From a virus, in IMG/VR virus record IMGVR_UViG_3300028800_000081, positions 9,133-73,132 of that record: DNA of 64,000 bases; one strand, written 5' to 3'. Numbering within the stretch: the first letter of the stretch is position 1; every line of letters begins with the position of its first letter. Shown here piece after piece: positions 48,289 to 58,288 of the stretch. The translations under genes and the position numbers were made by a program. Below the pieces are notes generated by a model. That model ran no database searches. It was given only the letters and a program-made list of their open reading frames with translations, and was not told the origin of the DNA.

Positions 48289-49370
48289 TCCGAGCCGCAG
48301 GCATTCTCTTCCTCACCCCGGACAATAAATGCCTCTTCCTGCAGCGCGGACCCGGCGGCGATCACCCAAACGAATGGTGCTTCCCCGGCGGGCAGACGGA
48401 AGCGGAAGAGACCGCGGAGCAAACCGCAACCCGTGAGGCGCTTGAAGAAGTCGGCGTGATGCCGCAAGGCTCGCGCACGCTGTTGACGCGCTCGGTATCG
48501 CAGCCCGTGGTGGGCATGGAGCCGGCGCAGGAACCCGTAGACTTCTCCACGTTCCTGCAAAAGATCGACGCGCGTTTCGAGCCGACAATCTCCGATGAAA
48601 GCGTGGGCTTCGCCTGGGCGCCGGTGGATCAACCACCTGAACCGCTTCACCCGGGATGCAGAATTGCGCTGAAGAGATTGAATTGGCATGAGCTCGATGT
48701 GGCCCGCGCCATGGCGGCCGGAGAACTCACCAGCCCGCAGCGGTACATCAACGTCACGCTGTTCGACATTCGCATCACCGGGACCGGCGTTGCCTACCGC
48801 GGAGCATTCCGAAAAGACGGCAAGATTGTTCGTCGCGAAGAGTATGTGTTTCGCGACCCCGCGATATTTCTCAACGACGATTTTGTACAGCGCTGCAACG
48901 GCCTCACGGTTATCCTCATTCACCCCGAGAAGGCGCTGCTCGATTCCAAGGAATTCGGCGACCGCACGATAGGCTCCATCCTGCTGCCCTATGTCAAAGG
49001 CGACGAAGTGTGGGGCATTGCGAAGATTTACGACGACGACGCAATCAATCTCATGACCTACGGAGAGTCGTCTACCTCGCCGGGCGTGTTGATCGGAAGC
49101 GAAGCCGACCAGCGCATCACTCTCGCGGACGGCAAACCGGTTTTGATCGAAGGTTCTCCGAAACTCATCGACCACCTCGCAGTCCTGCCAAACGCTCCGG
49201 GCGTATGGGATAAAAAATTGGGCCTCAAAGGTGTTGTTTCTTCTGAAGTGCGCGCAGACAAAGAGATATGCGAAGTTTGTGTTGTAGTACCCAACAAATT
49301 GGATATTGCAATCGGGAAGATGCGAGACATGCAATTCAGGAATCGCATCGCCGAACTTATAGCGCGCTAA
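48285..49370 (+). CDS. NUDIX hydrolase fused to DUF2213-type prohead protease
   Basis: Intact Nudix box G-QTEAE-E-TAEQTAT-REALEEVG; then RITGTG..YR, LIHP, STSPG and IDHLAV. Confidence 0.82.
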   Translation: MIRAAGILFLTPDNKCLFLQRGPGGDHPNEWCFPGGQTEAEETAEQTATREALEEVGVMPQGSRTLLTRSVSQPVVGMEPAQEPVDFSTFLQKIDARFEPTISDESVGFAWAPVDQPPEPLHPGCRIALKRLNWHELDVARAMAAGELTSPQRYINVTLFDIRITGTGVAYRGAFRKDGKIVRREEYVFRDPAIFLNDDFVQRCNGLTVILIHPEKALLDSKEFGDRTIGSILLPYVKGDEVWGIAKIYDDDAINLMTYGESSTSPGVLIGSEADQRITLADGKPVLIEGSPKLIDHLAVLPNAPGVWDKKLGLKGVVSSEVRADKEICEVCVVVPNKLDIAIGKMRDMQFRNRIAELIAR

Positions 49371-49509
49371 CAATCTTCCTGTTTTTGATCAAATTATCTT
49401 TGGCCCACAGTGTTTGGGACTTCATTCCTAGCCGCCTCTCCAGCCGCTCCCGCAAGGCCTGGATCTTTCAAGGCATGTCCAACTGCGGGTTTCCCCGATA
49501 GGAGCCACC

Positions 49510-50415
49510 ATGGCCGCCGAAACTGAAGAAGAGAAGAAGGCTCGCGAGGACGCCGCGAAGGCCGATGCAGCGCGTGCTGACGAAAAGCTGGACCTTCTGT
49601 TGAAGGGCCTCGATAGCGTGAAGTCGATGTGCGATGCGGTGACGCAACGCATGGACGCCGTCGAAGCCAAGGCCGATGCAGCGGTGAAAGCCGATGCGGC
49701 GCGCAAGGACGCGGAATCCGAGAAGGAAAAGGAAGCCGAGGCCGAGAAAGAGAAGGCCAAGGCGGATCGCGCCAAGAAGGACGGCGAGTCCGAAGAGGCC
49801 TATGCCGACCGTATCGACTCGATGCGCAAGGACGGCGAATCCGAGGAAGGCTTCAAGGAGCGCATGGCGGCCAAGGCGGACAAAAAGAAGAAGGCCGACG
49901 CGGAAGAGGAAGATGCCAAAAAGAAGGCCGATGCCGATCTCGCGTCCCTCACCAGCCAGGTGAACGATCTCGCGTCCCGCATGCCGGTCGTGCGCACCGA
50001 CGAAGACCTCGCGACCCTGGCGGACATTCAGTCCCGCGCCGATCATGTCGCACTCGCCTTTGGAGAACGCGCTCGCCCGCCGATGATTGGCGAGACCCCG
50101 CAGGCCTACCGCCGCGCCATGGCGACGAAGTTCAAGTCCCACAGCACGAAATGGAAAGATTTCGATCTTGCCAAGGCGGATTCTGGCTTGCTCGAGATCA
50201 TCGAGGCGGACGTCTACAAGGACGCGGCCGCGGCTGCTTCCAGCCCTGCAGCGCTTCCCGCCAATACCATTCGGGCGCGCGAGCGCACGTCCGCGGGCGG
50301 ACACAAGATCACGGAGTTCGTTGGCAATACGTCCTTCGTGCGCCAGTTCTCCCGGCCATCCCGCCGGCTGATCGGCATGCCGGGGCTCGAACAGCGCGCC
50401 GGTCGCGCGCGCTAA
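49510..50415 (+). CDS. Capsid scaffolding protein
   Basis: Charged KADA-rich coiled coil between protease and capsid genes. Confidence 0.75.
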   Translation: MAAETEEEKKAREDAAKADAARADEKLDLLLKGLDSVKSMCDAVTQRMDAVEAKADAAVKADAARKDAESEKEKEAEAEKEKAKADRAKKDGESEEAYADRIDSMRKDGESEEGFKERMAAKADKKKKADAEEEDAKKKADADLASLTSQVNDLASRMPVVRTDEDLATLADIQSRADHVALAFGERARPPMIGETPQAYRRAMATKFKSHSTKWKDFDLAKADSGLLEIIEADVYKDAAAAASSPAALPANTIRARERTSAGGHKITEFVGNTSFVRQFSRPSRRLIGMPGLEQRAGRAR

Positions 50416-50466
50416 TCCGCGCACGCTGTTCCACCCCACCCCTAGACCAAACGAGGAATCACCCAA

Positions 50467-51327
50467 ATGGTCGCGACTGTCCCCTTCAATCCGAACCTCA
50501 CGACCAACGGTCTGGGGTCTTTCAATGTGTCGTCCACCGGGCTCGTACAGGGCACGGCCTTTGACGATCCCTCGGCTCGCTTCCGCCTGCGTGGCGGCTG
50601 GCTGTCCAACTCCGAAACCATCCCGATGTGGGGCGGCGTCGGCATTTATGAGAATATCCCGGGCGTTGCCGGACAGCCGGGCAATGTCCTCGGCCCGGCA
50701 GTCGGTCGCGCCACGACGCTGACATCCGGCGTTGCGGGATCTCTCGCGGGATTCGCGGTGTTCGATCAGAACTATTCCGCGCTGATCACGACATCTTCGC
50801 CGGTGCCGCTCACTCCGTCCTACGGGCGGGTCCAGTATTACCCGCTCGGCTCCAAGGCGCGCATCGCCGTGGCTGTCGATCCTGCCATTGCCGCACTGGC
50901 AGGCGATCCGTCATCGCAGGCAGTATCGTGGGACTTCGTCAATCAGCAGCTCGTCGACTATGCGAGCGCAACGGCGGCGAGCCAGACCTACAACAACACG
51001 ACCGGCGCGGTTGTCCTGACGTTCTCGCCGTCGGCTCCGGCCAATGTCGGCGTGGGCGACATCGTCATCGTGTCCGGCGCGACCGGCACGGCGGCTGCTT
51101 CAGTCAACGGCGAGCATGTCGTGACAGCCGTCACGGGCACGACCGTCACCTATGTGATCGCTTCCGGCCTGTCCGCAGCGGTGACCGGCACCATCGCAAT
51201 CGCGACGGGCGGTATCCTCCCCTGCACAATCCTGCTGCTCGAGATCGGCAATTCCATGACGGTCAACTACGACGGCACGAACGCCACGTGGAATCGCACG
51301 GGTAGTGCGGCAATAATTTCCATATAG
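50467..51327 (+). CDS. Head decoration/cement protein
   Basis: Position; PMWGGVGIYE; inserted beta domain. Confidence 0.65.
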   Translation: MVATVPFNPNLTTNGLGSFNVSSTGLVQGTAFDDPSARFRLRGGWLSNSETIPMWGGVGIYENIPGVAGQPGNVLGPAVGRATTLTSGVAGSLAGFAVFDQNYSALITTSSPVPLTPSYGRVQYYPLGSKARIAVAVDPAIAALAGDPSSQAVSWDFVNQQLVDYASATAASQTYNNTTGAVVLTFSPSAPANVGVGDIVIVSGATGTAAASVNGEHVVTAVTGTTVTYVIASGLSAAVTGTIAIATGGILPCTILLLEIGNSMTVNYDGTNATWNRTGSAAIISI

Positions 51328-51375
51328 CCCCCGCTTCAGACGACTGACGCGATCCACAACTAGGAGAACCTTCTC

Positions 51376-52398
51376 ATGCCCAACATTGCCCCGGCCCGCG
51401 TAGTCGTCGAGCCGTCCTACTGGATGCCGGAAATCCTGCTTCCATACAGCCAGGCCTCCGGCGCCTTCGAGCTTCTGCCCACCGGTCAGCCGCTTACCCG
51501 ACTCTCGGAAGGCGACCTCTACGCCTACATCAAGCGCGCGGACATCCGCACCAAGCTTGCGACGGGCCAGAGCGCTGCGAACGAGTTGCCCAGCGTTTCG
51601 ATCGTCATGGGCTACATGAGCACGCCGACCTATCTGCAGCGCGTCCGTGCGGAATACGATCACCACGACACGGCCGCGATGGGGCGATGGGACGTCTCGA
51701 TCGTCGCCGCGCAACGCCTCGGCATGCGGCAGGGCCACAATCAGCTCCTCCGCTCCGCGCTGCTCTACGGGCTCAACCCGCAGAACGGCGAGGGCTTGCT
51801 GAATTCCAACGGCGCGACAGCGATCAACCTGCCGCCCGATCCGTTCGGCAACACGACGTTCTCGACCTATGACAACGGCTCGATGGCGTTTTTCCTCCTC
51901 AGTGTCATTTCGGCGCTGAAGTCACGCACCAATCAACTCGGGATCGGACGCAAGTTCACCATCCTGGGACCGCAGCGGGACCTGTCGATCTTCGAATATC
52001 AGGGGATCGTCCAGGTGACGCAGTTCCAGCGCATCGGCGCAGGTGCGTCATCGGTGGCCGGCGTGGTCAAGGAAGTGCTGGACTGGAACGGCGACGAGTT
52101 CATCTGGGCGTATGACGACACGCTGATCGGCAAGGGCGCCGGCGGCACGGACGCCATCGTTGTCGTCATGCCGGAGGTCGAGAACCCGCAAGCGGAAGGC
52201 GCGATCGACACCAACGCATTCGCCAAGCTGGCGCCCGGGCTCGACGCCTGCACGCTGATGCTGAACGACATGGTGGCGCCGCGTGAAATCACGGCTCCGT
52301 TGGCCGGCGGCGCGGTTGACATCGTGTCCGAGTTGCGCACGACTTCCGGCTGGGGCGTTCGTCCGGAGGCCATCACCATCATATCCGGCGCGAACTAA
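51376..52398 (+). CDS. Major capsid protein (HK97 fold, DUF2184-like)
   Basis: 340 aa, position, LLYG...EGLLN and SGWGVRPEAI C-terminus. Confidence 0.8.
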   Translation: MPNIAPARVVVEPSYWMPEILLPYSQASGAFELLPTGQPLTRLSEGDLYAYIKRADIRTKLATGQSAANELPSVSIVMGYMSTPTYLQRVRAEYDHHDTAAMGRWDVSIVAAQRLGMRQGHNQLLRSALLYGLNPQNGEGLLNSNGATAINLPPDPFGNTTFSTYDNGSMAFFLLSVISALKSRTNQLGIGRKFTILGPQRDLSIFEYQGIVQVTQFQRIGAGASSVAGVVKEVLDWNGDEFIWAYDDTLIGKGAGGTDAIVVVMPEVENPQAEGAIDTNAFAKLAPGLDACTLMLNDMVAPREITAPLAGGAVDIVSELRTTSGWGVRPEAITIISGAN

Positions 52399-52435
52399 GC
52401 GCCCGGCCCGGCTCACTGAAAAAGGGAGGCTTTCC

Positions 52436-55400
52436 TTGCAGCTTTTTGTTGCCAACACGACGAAGCAGATCCAGGCGTTCGCCTGTGCGGTTCCGGAAAT
52501 GACCGGGATCAAGATCGCGATGATTCCCATCGGCCAGCAAATCCCGGTATTCGGCGATTTGAACCGACCGCAGATCGACGCGATCATCGAGCAGCACCGC
52601 AGGTACGGAATGGTCAGTGCGGACGAAGTGGACCGCACCAAGCCCTTCATCGGCATGTGCTATTCGGAGGGCAAGAAAATCCCTCTCGGCAAGCTCATGC
52701 ACGCCTTCGATCACAACCGGGAAGTCCTCGAAGCGCGGGGTGCGGAACTCCGCAAGCTCGCGGCCATCCAGGTCAGCAATCAGATCGAGGGCGAACTCGG
52801 CCGCGTCGTGCAGGATCCGACTCTGAAAGCCTTCGACGTCACGTTGACGGAAGAGGACAGCAAGGAAGGCAACGCGGATCACAAGCTGCTGAGCGAGAAG
52901 ATCGTGCTGGACCACACGGGCGATCGCGATAGAGGCGGCGCCCCAAGGCCGCGACGCCGCGGGAAGTAATGCCTTCCCTGGCCCCGACCGTCACCGGCTA
53001 TCTGGCGTTCATTCGCAACCAGGCGCAGATACCGACCTCCGCGCTGCCGGACGCCTCGCCCTACATCCAGGGCACGTTCAACATGGCGCTGACGAACGCG
53101 AACGTCCAACTGGCCTGCATGCCGGTGTTCGGGGATAGAACGGGACCGACGCCGTACCAGTTGGCCGTCTACAATCTAGGCGTGAGCAACCTCATCAACT
53201 TCGCGCCGGACCAGCCCGGTGCACCGGCGGTCCCGGGAAGCCAGCCGCCGGAGCAGTATTTCACCTACTGGCGCAACAAGTGGAACCTGCTCGCGCCGAT
53301 CTCCGGTGTTGTCTCATCCTCTGCGGATGAAAGCACGTCGGTCTCGCTCGAAGTCATCGACCAGTTGAAATACCTGACGCTGGCTGACCTCGCGCTGATG
53401 AAAGACCCGTACGGCCGCGCGTACCTCAATCTCGCCTCGCGTTCCGGGTATCTGTTGGGGCTGTCATGAAACTGATCCTCGGCGCGGTCGACATACCGTA
53501 CGCCTTCGAGCCGAAGGAAATCCGCGCCACGAAGCGCCGCATCGGCAAGGCCCGCAAGGCTCCGAAATCTGCGAACCCGAACAACACGATCACCACGGGA
53601 GATGTGGCGGAAATCCTTGAGGCGAAATATCACGTCATGGAGAACTTTTTCGAGCTGCACAAAGCCGATATTGCGCACGATCTCGAAGAGGCAATTGGTG
53701 GCCGTCTTGAAAACATCTTGGCCGGAGCGCCCATTTCAAATTCTGCCTCGGCGTTTGCAGAGGCGGAATCGGCAATAGAAACGCGCTTTCGGAACATGCT
53801 CGCGACAAAAGAGCTGGATCAGTTAGGATACCCAGGGATACCAACACGCGCGTCACTCGAAGGCGTGTCGCATCGTTTCAAACACCCATACGCAAAAAGA
53901 GCCCCGAGACCCAGTTTTGTGGACACAGGACTCTTCAGCAGTGCATTCGCGGCCGAAATTAAGGACGACTAAATGCCCAGCGTCGATGAAGCAGCGGAGA
54001 CGCAATCACCGATCCGCGCGGCGCTCGACCAGGGCATTCAGACGGTATCGCTTTCGCAGGTCGTCCGGTTCACGCTCTACATTCGGCTCGTGCTGCCGAT
54101 CGACGGCTTCGTCTTCTGGGTCCGCGCCGATCATGTGACGAAGAAGGCGGCCTTCAACGCCTTCGCCTACAACCAGTCGTACTACAACGAGGGACCGGTC
54201 CAGACCTTCCCCGTGCTGTCAGGCGGCATCGGTGACTTCATCATCGGGGTCACGCCCATAGGGGGCTACGAAGCGTATGTCGGGGAGCCGGATAGCCCGG
54301 CTACATTCCTCGACGCACAGGGCTCGCTTCACTACGCGAGCACGCGCCATCAGGACGAAGACGCGGAGTTCATCCAGAACAGCGTGATTTTCACGTCCGA
54401 GCAGATCGTCAACGACTTCGAGGCCGTGGGGCCCGAGGCCATGTATGTCGGGGAGTTCGAGGGGCTGAAGTTCGCCTGGTCGGCCCGCCGGCAGAATTAT
54501 CAGCAGGCCGGAATCTTCCACTACGTCGGCGATGCGATCAACGCCTATGCGGCGACGCAGCTTGTAGATGATCCCCGGACGCTGGACACGAAGAACGTCA
54601 TCGTTTCGAACAGCCTGCCGTTCTGGCTCGCGATGAAGGGCTACCAGACGCAGCCTTGGGAACCGATCCCCGCGCCGTCGTTTCCCATCTATCCGTCGTT
54701 CCTCCTGCCGTTCAATCTGAAGCCGCCCTACGGCGTGGTGCACATTCCGGAAGAAAACACGGAATCTCTCGCCCTGGCGCCGACGCTCGGACCCACCCTG
54801 TCCCATAACCAGCTTGTGAGCGAAGACGTCGAGATCACGCTGTACGGAACGCGGAACTTCAACGCGATCGACTTCATGGACTTCGTCAACCAGTATTCGC
54901 TCAACACCGAGAATTTCGGATTGATGAACAGTCCGGTGATCCGGGACGCGAAGCGCACGACGGTGGAATTCGGCATCATCGCGCAGAAGAAAACCGCGAA
55001 GTTCAAGATCGACTATTACCAGACGCGCGCACGAGACATTGCGCGGCAACTCATCGAGCATGCGCTCGTGAGCTACCCCACTCCGCCTTAACCAGAAGGA
55101 CTCACGACCATGCCGCAATATCCCTCTGCAGTTTATTCCGTACAGAAGCCCTCAAAGGCTTTTGCCCCGCTGGTCGGAGACGCGGCAGGCGCCGCCGAAT
55201 ACGCGCAGCGTCATGGGGCCAACTATGCCTCCACCTACGCGGGGTTCAACGGCTCCGCGGCATGCGTGGGCGTCACGACATCCGCCGGACTGGCGACGAC
55301 CTACACGGGTCTGTGCCTTTCGAACCCGGCAGGATCGGGCAAGAACCTGTCGATCCTGCGCGTCTCCGGCGTTATCGACGTTGCCCCAGCCGCGCTCACC

Positions 55401-55718
55401 GCAATCGGCCTCATCACCGGTTTCCTCGCGGCTGGCATCACGGCCCACACCACGCCCTTGACGCCGCTGAATAACCTTGTCGGCGGCGGCGGAACACTTG
55501 TCGGCCTCGCCGATGCGGCATGCACGCTGGTCGGGACACCGGCATGGCAGCGCTGGCTCGCGGAATCCATCGCGGCAACCGGCATTGCAGCATTCGATGA
55601 ATCGACGGCCGGCGAACTTCTCATCCCGCCGGGCGGCTATCTGGCGATCGGCACGTCCATCGCCGGCCCGACGAACGGCCTCTATGCCTCGATTTCTTGG
55701 GAGGAAAACCCTCAATAA
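52436..55718 (+). other. Head completion/neck genes (52436-52969, 52969-53469 DUF4054-like adaptor, 53466-53972, 53973-55091, 55110-55718)
   Basis: Synteny; DPYGRAYL in the adaptor; RPSFVDTG in the neck protein. Confidence 0.65.
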
Positions 55719-55759
55719 CGCGCGGGTTTCCTTCCACTCCAATTTAAGGATTGCGGCAT

Positions 55760-57142
55760 ATGCCCAGTATCGTCACGCTCGCGGCCTCCCAGCGAATCGC
55801 GCCGACGCCTCCGACGTTACAGAAGACCGGCGCATTCATCTCGCAGGGCGCGACCAATATCCCCGTCGGCACCTATGCGCTGCTCACGCAACTCTCCGAC
55901 GTCACGCCAATTCTCGTCAACGCGCCGCTCGCCATCACGTCACTGTCGTGGTCGGGCGGCGTTGTCACCGGCACCACGACGGCACCGCATGGGTTCACGA
56001 ACGGCGACACGGTGTTCCTGTCGATCATCGGGGCGTCTCCGGCCGGCTATAACGGCGAGCATCCATGCCTCATCACAGGCGCATCGACCTTCACCTATCC
56101 GCACTCCGGGACGCTCTCATCTCCCGCGACGGGCACAATCACCTATGTCGATGCGGACGCGCCGCAGCTCCTCGCTCAAGCCACGACGTTCTTCGGGCAA
56201 GGTTCGAAGCAGGGCGTCTATGTGCTGGAACTCGGACCTGGAACGGTTCAGGAAGGCGTCACGGCGCTGACGACCTTCATCAACGCGCAGGCGCAGTTTT
56301 TTTACTCCTATCTCGTGCCGCGCGAATGGGACAATGCCGCGCCGTTTCTTGCCTATCTGGCGAGTTTCGAGGCCCAGACGGCAAAGACCTATTTTTGGAT
56401 CACGACGACGATTTCGACCTACACGAATTATACGCCTCTGCAGAAGTGCGTGTTTTGGCAGGTCGAGGCTCCCGGCATTCCGACGCTGGAGTTCTCTCTC
56501 GCGGCAGACTTCTGGCGCTGGCTGCAATACTCGCCGTCCACCACGAGCAAGATCACGCCGTTCGATTTCGGGTTTGTCTTCGGAGTTACGCCTTACCCGA
56601 CCATCGGGAACGGCGCGCTTCTCGCCGCGATCTCCGCTGCAAACGGCAGCTATATTGGAACCGGAGCGGAGGGTGGAATCTCGAACACCATCATCGTCGG
56701 CGGCACGATGGCGGACGGAAACGACGCGACCTACTGGTATTCGACGGACTGGCTACAGATCAATCTGGACGAAGCCATTTCGAATGCCGTCATCAACGGC
56801 TCAAACGACCCCCTGAACCCGCTCTACTACAATCAGGACGGCATCAACCGCCTGCAGGAAGTCGGCGTCGATGTGCTGAATTCCGGCATCACGTTTGGCA
56901 TGGTGCTCGGCTCTGTGGCGCAGACGGAATTAGACGGGCCAGAGTTCGATCAGAATCTCGACAACGGCGACTATGACGGCCAGGCGGTCATCAATGCCGT
57001 TCCGTTCCTCATCTACAGCAAAGAAAACCCGGGGGACTACAAGATCGGCGAATACGATGGGCTGGCCGCTGCCGCGATTCCGCAGCGCGGGTTCAAGCAC
57101 TTGGTATTTAACCTCAATATTTCAAATTTCGTTTCGCAGTGA
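55760..57142 (+). CDS. Contractile tail sheath protein
   Basis: ~460 aa; YSTDWLQIN and PLYYNQDGINRL as in DUF3383-like sheaths. Confidence 0.8.
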   Translation: MPSIVTLAASQRIAPTPPTLQKTGAFISQGATNIPVGTYALLTQLSDVTPILVNAPLAITSLSWSGGVVTGTTTAPHGFTNGDTVFLSIIGASPAGYNGEHPCLITGASTFTYPHSGTLSSPATGTITYVDADAPQLLAQATTFFGQGSKQGVYVLELGPGTVQEGVTALTTFINAQAQFFYSYLVPREWDNAAPFLAYLASFEAQTAKTYFWITTTISTYTNYTPLQKCVFWQVEAPGIPTLEFSLAADFWRWLQYSPSTTSKITPFDFGFVFGVTPYPTIGNGALLAAISAANGSYIGTGAEGGISNTIIVGGTMADGNDATYWYSTDWLQINLDEAISNAVINGSNDPLNPLYYNQDGINRLQEVGVDVLNSGITFGMVLGSVAQTELDGPEFDQNLDNGDYDGQAVINAVPFLIYSKENPGDYKIGEYDGLAAAAIPQRGFKHLVFNLNISNFVSQ

Positions 57143-57153
57143 GGCCCTGACAG

Positions 57154-57600
57154 ATGGCAAATCCCAATGTCCCGCTGGGCCAACTTAATCGGCTCAAGGC
57201 AAGTGTGGTGTGGCGCGACTTCCCGGCGCTCAACATCACGGCGTCGTTTCTCGGCAAGGGCGGCATTCGCCCCTCTCCGGCAAGTGAGGCCACGACCTAC
57301 ATCCTCACCATGACGGGTGGCGTGCCTTCGCCGGAGCCCTATCAGGTGTTCAATCTCTCCATCGCGCTGCTGAAAACGCAGGCGCTCGCCGATGCGTACA
57401 AGAAACAGCTTGAGTTCAACGCCCTGCTCGGCAACTGCACGCTGCGTCCCGACATCCAGGGCAATGGCGGACTGTCGCCGTATCTGCTCAAGAATTGCTC
57501 GATCGTGAACGTTGGCGCGATGGCGTGGGATGGCTCGGAGGCCGTGTATCCGATCGATATCCGCGGCTTCTATGCTATCAACGCCGGGTTGTGGGGATAA
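57154..57600 (+). CDS. Tail tube protein
   Basis: 148 aa directly after the sheath. Confidence 0.7.
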   Translation: MANPNVPLGQLNRLKASVVWRDFPALNITASFLGKGGIRPSPASEATTYILTMTGGVPSPEPYQVFNLSIALLKTQALADAYKKQLEFNALLGNCTLRPDIQGNGGLSPYLLKNCSIVNVGAMAWDGSEAVYPIDIRGFYAINAGLWG

Positions 57601-57602
57601 TC

Positions 57603-58288
57603 TTGAAGATCGACCAGAATCTGTTCCTCATCATCCCGGTCGACGTCGATACCGGAACGCTTTACGTCCATGCTGCTGCTCCGGGGCGCGAAGTGTTCGA
57701 GCGATACTTCCGCGTCGTGGCGCGCGCGTTTGGCGAAATTCAGGAAATGACCGGCTCCATGACAGGGCCGCGTGTCGCAATGCTGACCATCCGCGCCTGT
57801 GCGGCCGAGATGGGGCCCGGAGTTGTCAAGGAGGTTGAGGATGGTCTCATCGGCGAGATAAAGCGCCTCGCCAATGTCGCGGTCCCAGACAAAGGTCGAT
57901 GGGATCAGGTGCCGCTCGAAGAAGCGGTGGCCCGAGGTCTCATCGACGAAACGGACGCCAGCGAGGTCGAAAATGCCCTCGCTTTTTTTATGTTGGGCTG
58001 CTCGATGTACCCCAAGGCGCTGAAGCGGGGAGCGCTGACGGCGGTGATGCAAACCTGGGGCGCGCGGATCGAGTCGTCCGACTTTACGGCGTTCGTCGAT
58101 TCCTTGCCGACGTCGACCGCTCCCGCGAGTTCTGGCGTGAAGGTGGTATCGTCGGCGAGATCCTAGATTGGGCCGCGACTGAAGGCTTCCCGGCCCTGAT
58201 GGACCGCTACGGCGTGAAATATTCGAACGTCCACCAATTCCGCCAGCGCTTCATCTTGGCCGCGCTGGCTGCGCGGAGCCCGCTATGA
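57603..58288 (+). CDS. Tail assembly chaperone (57603-58166) with probable -1 frameshift extension to 58288
   Basis: T TTT TTT at 57983-89; the -1 frame stays open up to the tape-measure start. Confidence 0.55.

Noticed and set aside
54274-54281. 8-nt match to the TnpB2 guide seed (CGTATGTC)
   Set aside because: Expected by chance in 64 kb and does not extend.
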